Sequence record: PQ604604
Length of the DNA: 64,000 nt
Strand: one strand, 5' to 3'
Source: Escherichia phage ECP_WGS_SA1
Shown: positions 60,433 to 64,000 of the stretch, piece by piece
How the letters are laid out: the number at the start of each line of letters is the position of its first letter
How positions within the stretch are numbered: position 1 is the first letter of the stretch
Position numbers and translations under genes: made by a program
Notes under the pieces: model-generated
Told to the model about the DNA's origin: nothing
The model's input: only the letters and a program-made list of their open reading frames with translations
The model's database searches: none

Positions 60433-60578
60433 TTCAACCAGCCAGCAGCGGCTAAGTCATTGATTTGCATAACAAGCGGCGAAAGGGATTGATTTCTTTT
60501 ATACGTATCAAACAGTACACCACGCATCACGGTCCGCTATTCATTTAGCACTATGATTTATGTACGTTTACAGCCAAT

Positions 60579-60607
60579 TTGAACATCAATCTGCACTTGA
60601 ATATAAT
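60579..60607 (+). promoter_or_regulatory. Sigma70-like promoter upstream of 60660 gene
   Basis: TTGAAC - 17 nt - TATAAT; ATTTGCACTAT motif copies lie in the leader. Confidence 0.5.
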
Positions 60608-60659
60608 GTTCATTCATTGTATAATTCACACTATTAATTTGCACTATGGGATTTGCACT

Positions 60660-61133
60660 ATGAGTCAAGATTATGTAGCAATGCCTGAAGACTTTGAAGA
60701 CCCGCGATTTGCAGAGCATAATCAGGCATTATTCGATGAGTTCATTGACCTTGTTATTCAGGGCCATGACATGCGCGCAGCTTTTGCACTAGTATTTGGC
60801 ATGGAGGTTGCGACCGATAACTACACTGGCCAGCGAATCCTGTGCACTCAGCGCAATCCGTACTACAAGATGCGCTACAAAAAGCGCATGGAAGAGATGC
60901 CATTGAAGGAGTTGTGGAGTGTAAAGAGTTCCATCCACAATTTAGTGAAGCTTGTGCGTGATCCAGAAGTCGCGGCTTCAGCCAAGCTTAATGCCATTCG
61001 TGAACTGAATATCATCTACGGCATCACGATGATTGATGAAAATGGCAATAGTAAAATGGGCCGTTCCATGGACGATTTCTACAAGGATTTTGGAGAGGCA
61101 GCCAAAGAGGGTGAGCAATTCTCCCGCCACTAG
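60660..61133 (+). CDS. DNA-binding protein, terminase small subunit-like candidate
   Basis: Segment MRAAFALVFGMEVATDNYTGQRILCTQRNP resembles the HTH region of small terminase families; consensus promoter upstream. Confidence 0.4.
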   Translation: MSQDYVAMPEDFEDPRFAEHNQALFDEFIDLVIQGHDMRAAFALVFGMEVATDNYTGQRILCTQRNPYYKMRYKKRMEEMPLKELWSVKSSIHNLVKLVRDPEVAASAKLNAIRELNIIYGITMIDENGNSKMGRSMDDFYKDFGEAAKEGEQFSRH

Positions 61134-61561
61134 CCAATTTGCACTATAAAACGGCCCTAGAACACATTTTCTCCACTTCTAGGGCCGTTGGTAATACGAC
61201 GGGGAAGGCTGCAACCATAAACGCGTTATAAAGTGTATTATTATAAGTCATCTTTTAGTCGCTTTACGTAACAATTTACGACCTTCCGCCGTCCAGTCGA
61301 ACGACTCCACCAGCAGATTTGCACTATAACCTAAGACGATGCGCCCCTTCTCGTTATCGACCCGCCAACAAGTCTCGAATAGCATTCGATTTGCACTATT
61401 AACTATCGCCGCAACGCGCGTTGGGTAAGCGCAATTTGCACTATGGTCGTAAAGGGATAAGGTGCGACCACTGCCGATGGACAACGTAGCGATGAGAATA
61501 AGCGTATTCATAAGCCACCAATTTGCACTATGAAAAGCGACCCCGAAGGGCCGCCATTCGA

Positions 61562-62188
61562 TTAGATAATCTGGAAGGTGTAGGACTTGTTGCCGAACTC
61601 GAAGTTCAAGCGCCCGGCTTCCTTAAGCTTCATGCGGAAGCGAATGTGTTTGCTATCCGGTAAGCCCAGCGCGGCGAACGCTACGCGGACCGATTTGAAC
61701 TCGCCTACACCCTCGACCATAACGGCGTTACGGGTGAGACGCTTTTGTGCCACTTCCTTGTTATCCCAACTTTTTGCAATACCTTCGCTATTAGAACGGC
61801 GATGGGAAGGAGTTCCATTTTGCACTACGCAATTTGCACTATCGTTTAGGCCGCTCTTAACGAAGGCTTCATACTCTTCGTCGGTCATCGCGTCGAGTTC
61901 TTCCTGAGTCGGCTCGGCCTTTTTAACGACCGCACGCGCCTTATGCGTTTTTACATCGCTGGACACTTCCTCGCGCGGCTTCGCGTCGGGGATGGGCAAT
62001 TCGTTGGACGGCTCATCGAGCGCGTTTAAGGACTCGATTAACGCGATGACGCGAGTCTCAGCGGTGCGACGGTCCACAAACTTCTTAATCGGTTTTGAGC
62101 CGGAGTTGGCATTATAGAATGCAACGAGGTCGGCGGTCTTAGTTGCGATAACGTCGCCGCTAGTAGAAAAGCGATTTAAGCTAACCAT
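61562..62188 (-). CDS. Hypothetical protein (early island)
   Basis: AGGAG RBS; atypical CpG-rich codon usage. Confidence 0.5.
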   Translation of the reverse strand: MVSLNRFSTSGDVIATKTADLVAFYNANSGSKPIKKFVDRRTAETRVIALIESLNALDEPSNELPIPDAKPREEVSSDVKTHKARAVVKKAEPTQEELDAMTDEEYEAFVKSGLNDSANCVVQNGTPSHRRSNSEGIAKSWDNKEVAQKRLTRNAVMVEGVGEFKSVRVAFAALGLPDSKHIRFRMKLKEAGRLNFEFGNKSYTFQII

Positions 62189-62268
62189 AATAAACTCCTA
62201 TTTGTTAGGGCGCTAGGCGCGAAAGAATTTTATTAAAGCGCCGCGCACGACGCTCTAAAAATCCTCTC

Positions 62269-62583
62269 TTACTCTTCGTCGTCTTCGATTAATTCGAAGG
62301 CGAAGGCATAAGCTTTGCTATCGTAATTAACTAAAACGGCGAGTTCGAACTCGTTAATAAACGCCGTTTTACCGCATAAATTTAATTCCGCATCGACTTC
62401 GAAGAATCCGTTTTCGTCGCGCTCTAAGCGAGAAGCAGCGAGTTGCTCGATTACCGTCGCGTCGTTAATTTCTTCGCCTAAGCGAACGCCGGAGAATTTC
62501 GCGAGAATTTCGCCGTAAGTAAGCGTAACACCCTGGACTTCGGCGGTTGCGTTTTCGAGGGTGAAGCGGGTAACGATAGCCAT
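62269..62583 (-). CDS. Small strongly acidic protein (paralog family, early island)
   Basis: AGGAG RBS; about 104 aa, strong net negative charge, C-terminal DSKAYAFAFELIEDDEE. Confidence 0.5.
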   Translation of the reverse strand: MAIVTRFTLENATAEVQGVTLTYGEILAKFSGVRLGEEINDATVIEQLAASRLERDENGFFEVDAELNLCGKTAFINEFELAVLVNYDSKAYAFAFELIEDDEE

Positions 62584-62651
62584 AATAAGCTCCTAGTTGG
62601 GAGAGGCGTTAACGACCTATTCGTTAACTCATCCCGTCCCGATATGAGTAC

Positions 62652-62679
62652 ATTATAATATAGTGTAGAAAAAAGTAAA
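62652..62679 (-). promoter_or_regulatory. Early promoter copy (minus strand)
   Basis: Minus strand reads AGTGCTTTACT - 16 nt - TATAAT. Confidence 0.55.
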
Positions 62680-62713
62680 GCACTTTTTCGATAAAAATGC
62701 GATAAATTATTTT

Positions 62714-62741
62714 ATCTTTTTTCTTTACTTCTTCGTACACT
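62714..62741 (+). promoter_or_regulatory. Early promoter copy (plus strand)
   Basis: CTTTACTTCTTCGTACAC...TATACT, then GC hairpin and RBS. Confidence 0.5.
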
Positions 62742-62807
62742 CGCGTATACTTGTTTATATCGAGACGGGCGATGGCCCTTTCTTCTACTAGCATCGGGAG
62801 CTTTATT

Positions 62808-63110
62808 ATGACTACTTTAATCTCTTCCATCCTTACTTACGACGAAGACCGCTTAACCGTTCGCTCTCTTATCGCCGCCGTTAACGCGGAACTAGAATCT
62901 AGCGCCATCAAGGTCCGTGCCGTTGCCTTCGTCGGCCTTTCCTTCGACGATATTAAGTATGCAGAGTATAGCGCCATTCGCGTTGTTACTACCGACGATA
63001 ACGCCGTTACCCTTATCGAGACGGTTACGCCGCGCGGCGAAGCGTTAATTATCGTCGAGTATATCGACGTAGAAGGCGATAAAGCTTATAAATATTTTAT
63101 CGCAGAATAA
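62808..63110 (+). CDS. Small acidic protein (paralog family, early island)
   Basis: GGGAG RBS; C-terminal GDKAYKYFIAE similar to 62269..62583. Confidence 0.5.
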   Translation: MTTLISSILTYDEDRLTVRSLIAAVNAELESSAIKVRAVAFVGLSFDDIKYAEYSAIRVVTTDDNAVTLIETVTPRGEALIIVEYIDVEGDKAYKYFIAE

Positions 63111-63120
63111 CGAAAAGTGC

Positions 63121-63149
63121 TTTACTTCTTCGTACACTAAGACTATAAT
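63121..63149 (+). promoter_or_regulatory. Early promoter copy (plus strand)
   Basis: AGTGCTTTACT - 17 nt - TATAAT; near-identical to 62714 copy. Confidence 0.55.
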
Positions 63150-63216
63150 GTTTTATATCGAGAGGGGATGAGGTAGCGAATAGGTCGCTACCCTCCCGAC
63201 TAACTAGGAGAATATT

Positions 63217-63507
63217 ATGATTACTTTATCCGCTATCCGCTCCGCTCGCGTCGAAACTTCCGAAAACTCTAACGTATTTGGCGAAANNNNNNNNNNNNNN
63301 NNNNNNNNNNNNNNNNNNNNNNNNNNNNNNNNNNNNNNNNNNNNNNNNNNNNNNNNNNNNNNNNNNNNNNNNNNNNNNNNNNNNNNNNNNNNNNNNNNNN
63401 NNNNNNNNNNNNNNNNNNNNNNNNNNNNNNNNNNNNNNNNNNNNNNNNNNNNNNNNNNNNNNNNNNNNNNNNNNNNNNNNNNNNNNTTTAAAATCGTCTC
63501 CTTATAA
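63217..63507 (+). CDS. Small protein (mostly N-masked)
   Basis: AGGAG RBS, N-terminus MITLSAIRSARVE resembles 62808 gene; body masked. Confidence 0.35.
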   Translation: MITLSAIRSARVETSENSNVFGEXXXXXXXXXXXXXXXXXXXXXXXXXXXXXXXXXXXXXXXXXXXXXXXXXXXXXXXXXXXXXXXXXXXFKIVSL

Positions 63508-63539
63508 TACCCTTCCGTTACTAATAGGCCGCGCTTAGT

Positions 63540-64000
63540 CGCGGCTTTTCTTCGTCCCTATCTCGATGCGCTTCTCCGCGAAAACTCCTTTATCCTTCCC
63601 TTCGTCGTCGCATAATCTTCGTCGAGATGCGCCTTAGTTCGCATAACAGGTATTACGTTAAATGGAGAACATCGCGTAAGTCCTTGTTTTATATAGACAC
63701 CTATATCGGACCGTTAGGGAGGGTCGCGCAAGTCGTTGTTTTATAAAGGCGCAAAACTTTCCCTTCGTTCCGAACTAAAACGAGAAATATGCCGACCCTT
63801 CGCCCGAAAATAGTACGCATGCGAAATTACATGTATCTAGAATAATCCCCACCGATATTATCCTACACGCAATCATTAGCTTTCGAATCATTATGCTTCA
63901 TACTATTATGCGTCGAATCATTCGCTTTCGAATTGTAACGCTGAAAACTGTAACGGCGATTGATTATTGCGTTCGTGTGGTTTTTATGGCATGGGTCTTT
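63540..64000. repeat. Repeat-dense non-coding region at window edge
   Basis: No ORF of 60 aa or more in any frame; short direct-repeat families (TCGCGYAAGTCSTTGTTTTATA x2, GAATCATTNGCTTTCGAAT x2, CCCTTCG x4, TGTAACG x2). Confidence 0.5.

Larger units (their letters stand above)
60542..61842 (+). repeat. Array of about 10 same-orientation ATTTGCACTAT motifs
   Basis: Copies at 60542(variant), 60637, 60651, 61137, 61317, 61389, 61434, 61522, 61817(variant), 61832. Confidence 0.55.

Noticed and set aside
61248-61511. Minus-strand 87-aa ORF
   Set aside because: Contains three copies of the ATTTGCACTAT motif and has only a weak RBS; more likely a non-coding regulatory array
1-64000. Window wrapping around a circular genome (end repeating start)
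   Set aside because: No sequence at the right end matches the left end by eye; terS-like and terL genes are separated by unique sequence
1-64000. Integrase, repressor or lysogeny module, and tRNA/rRNA genes
   Set aside because: No recombinase or repressor motifs recognised and no tRNA-like cloverleaf noticed in intergenic regions; cannot fully exclude without a search tool

Overview
The window reads as most of a virulent tailed dsDNA phage genome, with no integrase or repressor module seen; codon usage in the structural genes looks enterobacterial by eye (not computed). Layout: minus-strand small membrane proteins and a partial tail-fibre gene running into the 5' N-gap (0.3-2 kb); a plus-strand morphogenesis block (2.1-30.7 kb) with large terminase, portal, Mu-F-like head protein, protease/scaffold, capsid, sheath-sized tail protein, paralogous tube-like proteins, tape measure with SLT domain, baseplate V/J-like proteins, His-x-His tail fibre and GH19-like endolysin; a minus-strand replication/nucleotide-metabolism block (30.7-48.3 kb) with ligase, MazG, embedded spanin-like pair, SNF2 helicase, VRR-NUC, DnaE-type polymerase, DnaQ-like exonuclease and Dda-like helicase; a plus-strand block of primase, P-loop helicase and many small unknown genes (48.4-59.8 kb); and a repeat-rich regulatory region plus a compositionally distinct early island (59.8-64 kb). 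The two strongest candidates for something undescribed are (1) a six-gene cluster beside the polymerase (divergent ThyX, HAD nucleotidase fusion, SDR, VOC-like, FAD oxidoreductase, secreted protein) that sits where related phages carry base-modification genes, and (2) the CpG-rich, CAG/CTG-poor right-hand island with mirrored sigma70-like promoters driving paralogous small acidic proteins. Several repeat systems (GATGATACG iteron-like islands at two loci, an ATTTGCACTAT array, duplicated terminator-promoter cassettes) are also unexplained. All calls rest on reading motifs by eye; no searches or computations were run, and N-masked stretches interrupt several genes.
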